From NCBI GenBank assembly GCA_021432655.1, contig MU271271.1:62001-111774 (forward strand): DNA of 49,774 bases. The letters are read 5' to 3'. Under the pieces are notes generated by a model. That model was given only the letters and a program-made list of their open reading frames with translations. It was not told where the DNA came from and ran no database searches. Below are positions 37,406 to 48,605 of this stretch, one piece after another. The position numbers were made by a program, and so were the translations under genes. Source of the stretch: Atractiella rhizophila (lineage: Eukaryota). Each line of letters starts with the position of its first letter. Within the stretch, counting starts at the first letter, position 1.

Positions 37406-37475
37406 ACGCGTCTGAATATCTAACGAACTTCCAGATTACAATGTGAACGCGTCAAATTGAACATTGGTCACGTGA
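37406..37475. promoter_or_regulatory. Divergent promoter with two MCB boxes and an E-box
   Basis: ACGCGT at 37406 and 37447; TCACGTGA at 37468, between ATGs at 37369 (-) and 37582 (+). Confidence 0.45.
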
Positions 37476-37581
37476 GCCTTAATTCAAAGTTGGGATTTGA
37501 TACACTGAAACAAGGGAGTCCTCTTCCTTGCTGCCATTCACAAAGAAAACGCCAGTTGCAAAGTGAATGCAGACAAATTCT

Positions 37582-38393
37582 ATGTCAATGTCAGCATCAG
37601 ACGAGGATCCTCTCTTGGCCCGCCTCGCTGCGCTCCGTAAACCTCCAGGACCTACGACCAATGGAGTGCCAAATGGGACTACAAGGTGAGAGCTGTCGCT
37701 ATCTTTCTCATCAGAAGTTGAGGTTTGGTATGGAACGAACGAATCCACTCAGCCTCAACACAGCAGATGATATTGCAGCGAGGGTGAATCGATTATCTGA
37801 TGGACTGCAGAAAGAAGAGAAACCAAGGACTCAGGATGACGAATTAGAGGATAAGGTGGGCTCACGGTCTCTATTGTAAAGGGTTAGTGGTGCGAACTTT
37901 GCATGTCTCTGAACTGCAGGTTGCGCGTTTTCTGTCCACTGCCTCCTCTTCCCCTCCCGTCTCGCCAATCCGCCCACAACCCCAGCCACGCAAGTCTGGT
38001 GGATCCATCGTGGACCCCTCAATCGAGATCCAATTCTTCTCTCCTCCCTCCACAAATCGCTCGAAGGAAGAAGAGGAAGAGTTGATTCGAAAACTGCAGG
38101 ATGAGCTAGACGTTGAGACTGCCCATGATGCCGAGTCAGAGGAGGATATCGAGACAACATTCCAGAAGCTGCAGAGGGACATGAGAGATTTGAAACGGAA
38201 ACAAGATCCGGAAGTGGCAAAGCTAGAGGAAGTCTTAGGTGTGCCTCTGAATGATCGCGACGACGAGGAGGTGCAGAGCCGGCTGGAGACCCTGAAAGCC
38301 CTCGGGACGAGAAACGAAAGGGTGGAGGAACTAGGGCCGCCGCCGGACGTGGGTACCCTGGACGACTTGAGGAAGAGTATTGGAGGAAAGTGA
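37582..38393 (+). CDS. Acidic helical protein with MIM1-like motifs (uncharacterised)
   Basis: Three exons join in frame with canonical GT-AG introns: MSMSASDEDPLLARLAALRK...DDIAARVNRL...DEEVQSRLETLK... Confidence 0.75.
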
Positions 38394-38719
38394 GGTGACC
38401 TGGGTGCCATCCGCTCCCTCCTCCCAGTGGGTTTAATGCAGTTGCTAGAACTAGGTCAAGGCTGTCTTTGTGTTGTGGTGTGAGGGAAATATTTGATCTC
38501 TGTTGTATTACATGCGTGATGGTATTAATAATAGTTATTCCATCATACTGCTCAAGCTGTTCCAGTCGTCGCTGATGAAGTCGACAAAGGCAACCCAGCC
38601 CGGTTACCAGGAGAATGGAACTTGGTATCTTCGTAAGAAGCTTTGCTGCGGAATACACAGTTTGAGCAAGTCATTTGGTCACCTTTGTTCAACCACGCAA
38701 ATCAAACAATCCGCACGAA

Positions 38720-39930
38720 ATGAGCCGCAAAATAGACGCAACCAGAGACTTCCTTACTTTCAACGGTAAGAAGATTATTTACTGCCAAGTGATTTGTTGA
38801 GAAGATATCCCAGAGACGGTGGACGAGATCCAACATTTTCGTGAGATTATATCGGTTGCTTCACACCAGCGTGCTGTTCTGAATCTACCGTAGTGGAAGC
38901 TGCCATCAATCATATTCTCTACATCCGTCAGATTTACCCTCACGGTTAGCCTGTCGTTCCACCGTCAGCACCAGCTAAAAACTCGAGTACACAGACCTTT
39001 TCGAAAAGCGTCAGAAATACAGTGCTCCTGTCTACCAAGCTCGCCATCCGCTTCTCATTAACTACATTGCAAGTCTCGTACAAGCAGTGAGGGATGAGTT
39101 ATTCAACGTTTGTCACTTTATTTATCCGGCTGTCACACAATAGCCTTCTCATCTAATGCGGACAGGGAACCCTTTCGCGTCTCTCTCTCATCTTCTTCTC
39201 CCCGTCAGAGCCAGAGGTCCCCCTCGAAACTTTCAATTTTGACTTCAATTGGTTGGTGAAAGATATCCAAGATTTTGTAGGGGATTCAGATGCGGCACAA
39301 ACGCGTCGACAACAGAAGTAGATGTTCCCCTCTTTGGCGGTTTATTATACTGGCTGATGACAATCGAATATACAGACCGATGAAGGATGGAATGCTTCGA
39401 TGTAATCTGGACTTGTTCCTTCGAGCCTTCATCCTCAAGATCAGCACGATGGAAGCTAACCTGGCGGATCTTCCCACAGGCATGATTCCTTTTTCGATTT
39501 GAAGCGTCAAATCTGACGCTTCGGACTGGACATAAAGATGTGTCGTTTACGGCTGTGATGGAGCTGGCAGACGACGTCGAAGCTCCATTCTCTTTCACGA
39601 AGTCGGACAAGCAGAAAACAGCGTATAAGGATGTGAGGACTTCCTTCCCTTCTTTCATTGCTGGATGATGTATCATTCCAGGATGGCGAACCGTGGGTTC
39701 CAGCACCGCAGCAAAGAGCCACAACTCAGGACGATAACATGAGTGGTGACAATGTGCCTCAGTCAGCAATGCAGCCCGTCAAGACCGTCGATCTAGGCCT
39801 TATCCAAGTGAGTCCTTTCCTTCCTTTGAATTATTGTCGTTGTAAACTCATAATGTCCTTTTTAACCCAGCTGAATCTCACAGTCTCAGAGTCACGGCAC
39901 AAAGTTAAAGGCCTAGGGCTACTCGCGTGA
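38720..39930 (+). CDS. REV7: HORMA-domain protein Rev7/MAD2L2 (DNA polymerase zeta subunit)
   Basis: Spliced VEAAINHILYIRQIYPHDLFEKRQKYSAPVYQARHPLLINYI...PLETFNFDF...LRAFILKI...DVSFTAVMEL...EPWVPA...VKTVDLGLIQLNLTV. Mostly missed by the ORF track because the exons are small. Confidence 0.88.
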
Positions 39931-39975
39931 TTGATTGATTCGATTTCAACAGGATACCATAGATACAGAACAGCA

Positions 39976-41380
39976 CTAAAGTTTTGCCATTGGGAATTCT
40001 ACTTCTTCGTCTCGCATCCCCGTTTTGTTTTCCTTCGTCAGTTCCGGTCTACTCGTCTCTAACTGTATCTGCATGTCTCCCATCCACTTCTTCAACTCTT
40101 TAGCCAATCCCTCCACTTGATGCTTCGTATTCATTGCATGCAGGCACACTCTAACTCTCTCGCCCCCCTTCGGTACTGTAGGATAACGGATCGGTCTACA
40201 TAAGAATCCTTTGGTTTTAAGATATTTTGAGAGTGCGATGGGATGAGGAGTTAGGATGGGGATAATTTGGGAGGGCTTTTTTGTGTGAGGGATGGAGAGT
40301 AGGGTATTCTCTTGGGATGATGATGGTGGAAGGAAGGAGGAGAGAAGGGTCGTCGTGTATTGAGATAAAGAAATAAGTGAAGAAATCAACAACTGTCCTT
40401 CCGTAGTCTGTAGGTGTAGAATTGCCTCTCGGATGGCGAGCACGTTCATGTACGGCAAACTGGTTGAATAGATTAAAGGTCGGGCATAGTTAACGAGAAA
40501 ATCCTTGAGAAGAGGGGGAAGGATGACGACAGCTGTCAAAAATGTGTCTTCGTCAGCGAAGCAAGGTCAGATCAGGGAAGAATCTGAATGACCAACCTCC
40601 AACTGTGGAAATCGCCTTGCCAAAGGTGTGCAAGCGGATCAGAAAGTGTTGCTGCAACCCAAGCTCGCAAGTCAACCCTTTGCCTTTTCCGCATACCCCT
40701 GTTGAGTGCGCCTCATCGACAACCAGAACTATTTTTTGTTGACCAAAGTCTTTCACGATACGGCACAGTTCTGAAAGGTCGCCCCAATCTCCATCCATAG
40801 AGTACAGAGCTTCAACAACGATCCAAATGTCCTCGTCATCCTTCAAAGGGGGTAAGGATCGCAAGATGGAGGACAAGGACTTGAAATCGTTGTGTGCAAA
40901 CGGGATGCGACGAGATGAAGGCACACGGGAAGCACGCATGCCGTCGTGGACTGAGGCGTGGATAAGGGAGTCGTAGATGACGTAGGAGTTAGAGGAGGGG
41001 AGGACAGAGAAAATGGAAACGTTCGCGGCGTGTCCAGAATTGAAGAGAAGTGCGCTCCTTCCTGCTGTCTCTCCTCCTTCGGACTTGGAAGGTTTCCATG
41101 GACTATCAAAGAACTCTTCCAGCAGCCCTTCGCACTCCTCGTGAATCTTCGTGTTCCCATCGAGCAGGCGGGATGAAGCTGGTCCATATACACCGTGTGA
41201 AGAGAGAGAAGCAACAAGCCGTTCCCGTAAAGCTGTAGACTGCGAAAAAGACAAATAGTCGTTTGAGGAGAAGTCGACGAGCGATGTCGAGCCATCTTTG
41301 AGCTCTCGAAGCATTCCGCGGGACGAACGAGATTGAAGTGAAGCTTGAACGCGCTCCCGCACTGGATAGGGAATGGTCAT
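39976..41380 (-). CDS. bioF: 8-amino-7-oxononanoate synthase (PLP-dependent, biotin synthesis), C-terminal PTS1
   Basis: VDFSSNDYL, SSRLLDGN, LFNSGHAAN, YDSLIHASVHDG, FAHND, EALYSMDGD, VVDEAHSTG, HTFGKA, IRYPTVP; one intron; ends AKL*. Confidence 0.93.
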
Positions 41381-42211
41381 GGTGTGGAATTGTCGTTCAA
41401 CGCGCGATGTGTCGTTGCCTAGTCCTATTGCCGTTAAAAGAACGGGTTAGGGCTCCAGTTATATGATGCGACATAACAGTAATGAAGAAAAGTATCAATG
41501 GACTTCTATCAAGGCATGTGATATCAATCTGGAGGGGATATTATTGAATTTGAGGAGACAATGTCAAACTCTAATAACAACTAGTAGTAATGGATTAGGG
41601 ATGCGTAATGCACGTTGTATAACTAACTTCTCCTTGCACAATGGAACACAATCAATCAGATGTCAAAGCAAAGACGGTACCTTTGCGATTTCACAACTCC
41701 GTTCACACGATGTGACTGTATCCAGCGAGCGGAAACAAAGAGGGCGATAACAGATGACGGCCGCGGCTGCCAACCCAGATAAACCAGATCACAGAGCGCT
41801 CTGCTTAAAGAGCTTTTTGCATCGTTGAAATCAGATTGAGTTTGCTGGGGCGATCTATCTTACTGCGGAAAAATAAGTACCAATCGACCCAAGTTTGTGG
41901 CACCTGACTTTACTTCTTCATCCAAGCGCTCACGAGAAATCCTCATTCTGCTGATTCAAAGAAGGAGATTCCTGATGATAGCCATCATCTAGGATACGGC
42001 TGGCATAATTCAAAGCATAATCATAGTCAATAAACAGTCCCTACATATTGGTTACCAAAACATTCAGTCATCATGCGATTCCGTACATCATTCGTGTCAG
42101 AACGCAGTCAACAACAAATCTGTCGATTCCTGCGTATCGAAATCGCATTTCTTGGACCTGAAAGCGTTGCTTTGTAGGTTGTAAAAGCGACGAATAGGAA
42201 AGACTGACTAT

Positions 42212-42403
42212 TCAAGCGCAAGACCCCTTCTCGTGGCAGCATCCAACCCCTTTGCCGCAATTCTTGCAAACGGTCTCCAGACACTTGCCGCACTCGGCAC
42301 AATGATACTGGGCCTGCTCAGGACAATGTTCTCTGCATCTTCCACATTGGTGATGTGGGTGGGTTTTGTTGCATCCCTGAGACTCGCAGGAAACAGAATC
42401 CAT
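42212..42403 (-). CDS. 63-aa Cys/His-rich peptide (metallothionein-like or zinc-ribbon)
   Basis: 13 Cys and 6 His in 63 aa, with three CxxC and one CC. Start context aagATGG. TATAAG lies ~145 bp upstream. Confidence 0.65.
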   Translation of the reverse strand: MDSVSCESQGCNKTHPHHQCGRCREHCPEQAQYHCAECGKCLETVCKNCGKGVGCCHEKGSCA

Positions 42404-43341
42404 CTTGTTATTGCTGATTGAGAACAGAGATGTGAGTGAAAGGCGCTAGATGAAAGAGGGGACAAACAGTTTTCGTGTTGCGGAGTTGCTGTTCGGTCGT
42501 CTGCTGAAGAGAAGACTTCGAAAGGTTGTGAAGAAAACTGTGCCTTATAAGACTGAGGAGAACAAGGTGGTTGTGATTTCCTCAACGTTTCTCCAGCAGA
42601 AAGTTCACCAACCGGTCACGCAGTGACTGCGGGAACTCAGGAGACCTCAATCATAGTAGGTCCCCACACCGCTGATGCTGCTCCTGAACCTGCAACCTAC
42701 TTCAACACGCGCAAACTCCTTTCAAATCTAACAATGACTCTAGGACTCTTAGTTTCTGTATCGGTTATGAAAATCGCGTGCTGAGTGTACCATCCAGCGG
42801 AAGGTGATTAACAGACTGGGTCTTCCAGCACCTAAAGGGCAAGCTCAGAAATCATCAAAGTGGGACGATTGGTCTGATGCTGGGATGAGAAATACACAAA
42901 AATACATCTGATCAGATCGATGTTGTAGATTGGAGAAACGCAACTGGAAATCAGTTCTGCGAGTTCTCCCTCGTAATATTCTGAATTGTTGATTATCGCT
43001 CACGTGAGCCACGACGAATTCTCCTGCTCAGTTGTTTCCAGAAGGGACAGTTTCCGCGCCACCATTACCAGAGATGTACAGTGCTCCTGACCTGCACACC
43101 CCCAACCTATGTGTAGGTGTGGATTCGAAACAATATGCATGGCAAACGAGCAGTCTCAATAACAAGTTGGAAGAACGGCCACTTAGTTCGTTAATAAATA
43201 CCAGCATTTGTCGCTTCTTCAAAGCATCGAGTGATGACAGCAGAGGTAAGATGAAGTTGGGAATGTCATCAGCAGGACCAGTCCTTTTGTAGAAGGGACA
43301 CCTTTCTTCCGCGTAAAAAAACCTCGGAAGCGTCGCGCTTC

Positions 43342-43646
43342 TTCATCCCAGACCGGAACTCAATAAAACAGAAAGTGGAAAGCTGCATGTTTATTTTCAG
43401 GGATGCCACAAAAGTTGACATCAGAGTCAAGTTCTCCTGACCCTCAGAATGGCTATATTGCTTAACACAGCAACTTCGTCTCCCATTAGTCGTATTTCAT
43501 CCTAAGCCGAAGCTCAATAAAACAGAAAGTGACAAGTGCATGTTATTTTCAGGGATGCCACAACCTTTGACTCAGAGTCAAGTTCTCCTGACCCTCAGAT
43601 TGGCTATATTGCTTAACACAGCAACTTCGTCTCCCATTAGTCGTAT
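43342..43646. repeat. Tandem duplication, two diverged ~150-bp units
   Basis: ttcatcc...ctcaataaaacagaaagt...ttttcagggatgccaca...gcaacttcgtctcccattagtcgtat at ~43342-43496 and ~43497-43646. Confidence 0.9.
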
Positions 43647-43714
43647 GTAACTACTTTTCCGACTCCCCCACTAACTGAAACAGCATAGAGCTGACCTCAC
43701 CTATCTCTTGCATT

Positions 43715-44318
43715 CTACCGTAACCCCAAGCTCTTACTAGTAATCTCCCTACTGCTTAACCGTCTCAGCACGACATAGCCCCTCTCCTCTCCTTGAGCTT
43801 TTCGGCCTCTCCCTTCAGCCCTCCCATTCCTCATATCCTCTATAACCTCAAAAATGGGGACGGACTCGACGCGGAGAATGGGGAGGAGGAAAGGATGGAG
43901 AATTTGTCCAAGGACACTCGGAGTAGGCGGGTGGTATGATCTGTGCACACACAATCAAGGCTTCCGTTGTACATGAGGGAGAGAAGACGCACGACCCCAG
44001 CCGCCTTTTGAGCCGCAACACCTTAAGAATCGCCTTAGTCTTGGGAGGCAGTCCTATGCTACTCCTCTTCTGTGTGACCTTCAACCAGCGATACCCATCC
44101 GCACCCTCCTCCTTCATTCTCTTCACTACCTCCTCCTCCTTGTCCAGCTTAGCCAGCTCCTGAATGTAAGGCCGCCAGAGGTATTTTGACCCTTCTGGTA
44201 TCACTGGCTTCACGTTTGGATCCTTCGGTGCGCCGACGACTGGAAGGGGGCGACGGGAGATGAGCAGGGCGCGGGAGGACGTGGAGAAATGGCGGAAGCG
44301 GGGGAACAGGGAAGCCAT
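43715..44318 (-). CDS. MRPL33: Mitochondrial ribosomal protein uL30m
   Basis: Presequence MASLFPRFRHFSTSSRA; L30 core WLKVTQKRSSIGLPPKTKAILKVLRLKRR...YHPPTPSVLGQIL; C-terminal ERGYVV; one intron. Confidence 0.85.
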
Positions 44319-44496
44319 CGTTTGCTCGCTGCTTTCGTGGTTGGTTTTCTTTCGTGTCTCACGTGACTTCAGAACATAAAAATTCGACCAACATTCTTTT
44401 GGACTCGTGAAGCATTCGTTGATTTGACTTTTAGGATTTTGTGGCAGATTTCGTGGATTATTTTTGAGCTGAGCTGAGCTGTTGAAGATTGGAATA

Positions 44497-45792
44497 ATGA
44501 AGTGGCTCTCTGTGCTGCTGGCTTTTACGTTCGTGTTCCCTGCTTCCCGCATGGTAACCAACCTCTACTGCTTAATGGAAATAACTGATGAATGGATGTG
44601 GTGCAGCCTCTTCCTACCGCTCCTCGCATGGGACCAACAAGACTAGTGCGTTCCTTATGTCTCTCCAGCTTCCACGCATGACCACCACTCTCTTGGAGAA
44701 ACAGTGAGATATTCGACCTTGTCTCTGCCCTCGAGTCAGCAGAAGGGAAGGGAACAACTTTCTACACCTTCCTAAACCTCACGAAAGGCGCATCCCTCAA
44801 GGACATAAACACCGCTTACAAGAAAAGGAGTCTGCAGTTGCATCCCGATAAAAACCCTGACGTGCCGCACCAGAAAGCTCAGGAGAGATTTGCTAGACTT
44901 GGAGTTATTAAGGATATCTTGAAGGATTCCGAAAAAAGGAAACGGTTCGTGTCCTTTCCTGTCATCCTCCCTGTTATCTTCTCCTGGATTTGGGCACTCC
45001 TTTCCCTGGAGACTGTTCCTTGACACTGAAATACCTCTATGACAGCTACGACTACTTCCACGACGCCGGCGTACCAACCTGGCGAGGAACGGGATACTAC
45101 TATTCGCGGTTCCGACCGGGTCTACGGAGCGTGCTGCTCTTCCTCGCCTTCCTCACCAACGGAATCCACTACCTCATCCTCCACCTGAACCGTATGCAGG
45201 ACCTGAAGAGGATCGACCGGTTCAGACAGAGCGCGAGGATGGTCGCGTGGGGTCCGCGTCTCAAACCTCAGGAGGGCAGGAAGATAGTCAAGGTCCGTAA
45301 CCATCTCCTCCTTATCTAAGCCCAAAAGCCCCTCCCATCGGCGTCTGACCATCGTCTACGTCGACAACATAGGTTCCCCTGGGAGGCAACATGCGCTCGT
45401 TCGAAGACTCTGACGAAGACTCAGACGCGACTCCTCGTCGTCGTGGTCCCCCACCGGCCAACTACCTTCGGATGGCGGTGGAAGGCTCTTCCGTCTGGAT
45501 CCTAACCGACGACGGGGACTCCATCGTATTGGATGAGACCAGTGCCTCCTCTCCGTCGTGGAGGCGAACGTGGATACCCTCGCTCTTTCGAGTGCTGGTG
45601 GGGAAGCTGTTCACGAAAAAGGTGGAGGGAGAGACCGAGGATGGGGTTAGTGAAGAGGAGGAGGAGGGCGTGGCTTTGAAGCTTGGGGAGGAGGTGGAGG
45701 GAGAAGAGGGGGAGGGGGAGAAGAAGAAGGTTATTGGAGTTGCGGGCAGGGCCGGAGGGAGGAGGAGGAAAGTGGTCAAGCCTAGGAAGTAG
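44497..45792 (+). CDS. ERJ5: ER-membrane DnaJ protein (Erj5-like)
   Basis: Signal peptide MKWLSVLLAFTLFLPLLA, then WDQQDYEIFDL; J domain with HPDKNP; YDYF..GVPTWRGTGYYYSRFRPG; TM helix. Confidence 0.88.
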
Positions 45793-46002
45793 AGGGTTAC
45801 TATACAATTATTCTGGACTCATTGTTAGACATTGAGCGTATTCACTGATCAAAGGTCGGTTTGGGGTGAACCCTGGGGAAATCGCATCACAATGGTAGTG
45901 ATAAGTATTGCGAACAACAACACAATCAGTCTAGATATCCCATCTCCTCGAATTTTGAGAATACCACCTTCCTCCTCCTGTCTCCTTCCGCTCCACAAAT
46001 GC

Positions 46003-47867
46003 TCAGAGGTTCTTAATGACAGCAAAAGTGAAGTCGCTCGTGTGATTATGACCTGCGCGACCCATTCAACATCTTTCCCACAAAAACGTAACAAAGTAAC
46101 TCACCTCCCATATCGGGCGTCCTAATCTTTCCCTCCTTGATAACGTCGTAAACCGCCTTGGCGATTTGATTAGCATGGTGGTCGAGCCTACGGGCCAAAT
46201 CAAAATACAGCAGGACCTCATTAGCAAAGTTCCACCAAACGATACAGAAAGCAGGAAGAGGGATAGGTGAGGAAAGACATACCCAAGATGCCTCAACATC
46301 ATAGTCGCGCTCAAGATCATCGCGGCGGGATTCGCAACGTCTTGTCCCTGGATATCCTTCGCCACGTGTCGACATCCAGGCTCGAACAGCGCATATTCCC
46401 TCCCAATGTTAGCTCCAGGAACGATCCCTGGTCCTCCTACGAGGGCGGCACCGATGTTGGAGACGATGGAACCGTACCTTACGTTTCCGTCCAATGCAGT
46501 TGAGCAAATGAAAACGTGGGGGACGGGATGGAGAATAGGGAAACATACAGGTTGGGCATGACCATCACGTCGAATTGTTGGGGCTTGGCTACAAGCTGCA
46601 TGGACCTTCACCCGTCACGTTCACTTTGAGCTGGAGATGAACATTGAAGAGAAAAGGGGGTTGCATACGTGTTGTCAACAATCATATCGCTGAACGCAAT
46701 TCCGCTAGCTTCGTACTCCTTTGCCACCTCTCGACAGGTGTTGAGGAAGAGACCGTCTCCGAGTTTCATGATGTTGGCCTTGTGAACACAAGTTACTTTC
46801 TGCTCCGCCATTCCAAATGCAACACTCCATCAGCTCAGTTCATTTCATGATTGGGAAAATCTTTGGCGTAGGCATTGGCATTGGCGTGGAAGGGAAGGTG
46901 GAACGGAGGACTCACTTTGCGGTCATTCTTCAGTGCGAAGTCCAAAGCGAAACGTGCTATCCGTTCGCTTTTGGCGCGCGTCATGATCTTCAAGCTCTCG
47001 ACAACACCAGGGTAGCTCTGTTCCCCAGGCGATCACAATTTCATCAGATCTCTGAATACCGCGGTGGGAAAGACGCAAAGGAGAGAAAGGAAGGGAGGGT
47101 GACATACCGAGTGCTCCAAACCGCTGTACTCCCCTTCCGTATTCTCCCTAATAATAGCAAAGTCCACACCTGCATGGCGGGTTGGGTAGCCTGGAACAGA
47201 CTTGCAGAGGGAGACGGAGGCGTAGATGTCGAGTTGTTGGCGCATGGCTACGTTCCAGGAAGTGTGACCGGAGCGTTCGACTGGGGTGTACAGAATGCCT
47301 ATAATTCGAGCACAAAGACGATACGTCACAAAGACAATTTACGACGACGGTGGACATACCCTTCAATCCCACTTTGTTTCGTCTCAAAGAATCCATGGAC
47401 TTCTTGAAAAGACTCTCGTCTGCACTAGTGTCACCCGAAATATTGAATTCCTCGAACTCAATGGGCGTGTTGGTGTGCTCGAAAATCTCTTTAACTGAAT
47501 TCGTGATTTCTTTTCCTACTCCATCACCAGGGATGAGGGTAACGGTGTAAACGCCGCCGTATTTCGTTGGCGCCTAGTCCTTGCATGAGACGAAGTTCTT
47601 GGGCAAGTAAAGAAAGGAAGGAACGCACTCGGGCACCAACTTTTGGGACATTCAAGCCTACAATTTCACCCCAAATAGCATGAGTACCTCACAAGTAAGA
47701 ACGAGATGGAATGCAGACTGACCAAGAGTGGTGGCCGTCCTGAGAGGTGCCGACTTGAAGAAAGACATGGATTAGCAAAATTCACGGCCCAAGGAGCCCG
47801 AAAGACTCACAAGTGGCGAGGAGGCCTTGAGAAGTCCAGAGGTTGAGCGAAGGGTAGGAAGGAGCAT
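46003..47867 (-). CDS. IDH1: NAD-dependent isocitrate dehydrogenase, regulatory subunit 1
   Basis: Presequence [79 protein letters not shown] (IDH1-type); [12 protein letters not shown]. Confidence 0.95.
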
Positions 47868-48605
47868 GTCTACGCCTGTCAAAGGGTCAGAGCAAGCGTC
47901 GAAGGTGAAGGTGTCGGTGGAAAAATTGTGACAGCCGGAGTTGATGCAGGTTAATGATGTAACCATATCCTCCCATCCTTGCCACTGAAAGAAAGAAACT
48001 GAGGTCTCGCTGTACTTTTATAATCTATTCTGGAGTTCACAAGTTGCTTCTACTGGCGAATAAACCCCCGATCTCAGAGAGCGAGTCTTGGTACGCGAGC
48101 GCAGAAACAGTTCCCGTGTTAAAACTCTGGAACATTATCAAAGATCTCTTGACTTTGGGCTGACAACTTGAGGGTGAGGATTGCTGTTAAAGCTCTCTAG
48201 TGGTGATTTTACTCACTCACGCTTCTGCAGAAGTGAGACTCTGAAAATTGAGATTGGGCTTTCAAGCTTCAAGTCTGCGAAATCTGCGAACAGCTCAGAA
48301 TCAAGTCATCCAGAGCTTTTTTGAACCAGCATGTCCCTATTTCTATGTTAATCGATGTGTCTGATTGTTTCCCACTGGCTCAGACATCACCTTGCAGGGC
48401 ATTGTACACTTGAAAGGTTCAACAGAACGAACATATCTATAACTACGTAAGGAGCAGATAGAACGATCAAGTGTGCTTCCCATATCCCGATATCCTCCTC
48501 CAATTTCTTAGACAGAAGCTCGGCTCACGAAGTTTCACAGAGAAAAACCATCAATACCTCGCCTGCAACCAATCATCCTTCAACCGGAAAAGTACCTAAC
48601 AAGTC

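Noticed and set aside
43342..43646. snRNA, 5S or tRNA identity for the tandem unit
   Set aside because: No U1 5' end, no Sm site shared by both copies, no pol III A/B boxes and no 5S similarity.
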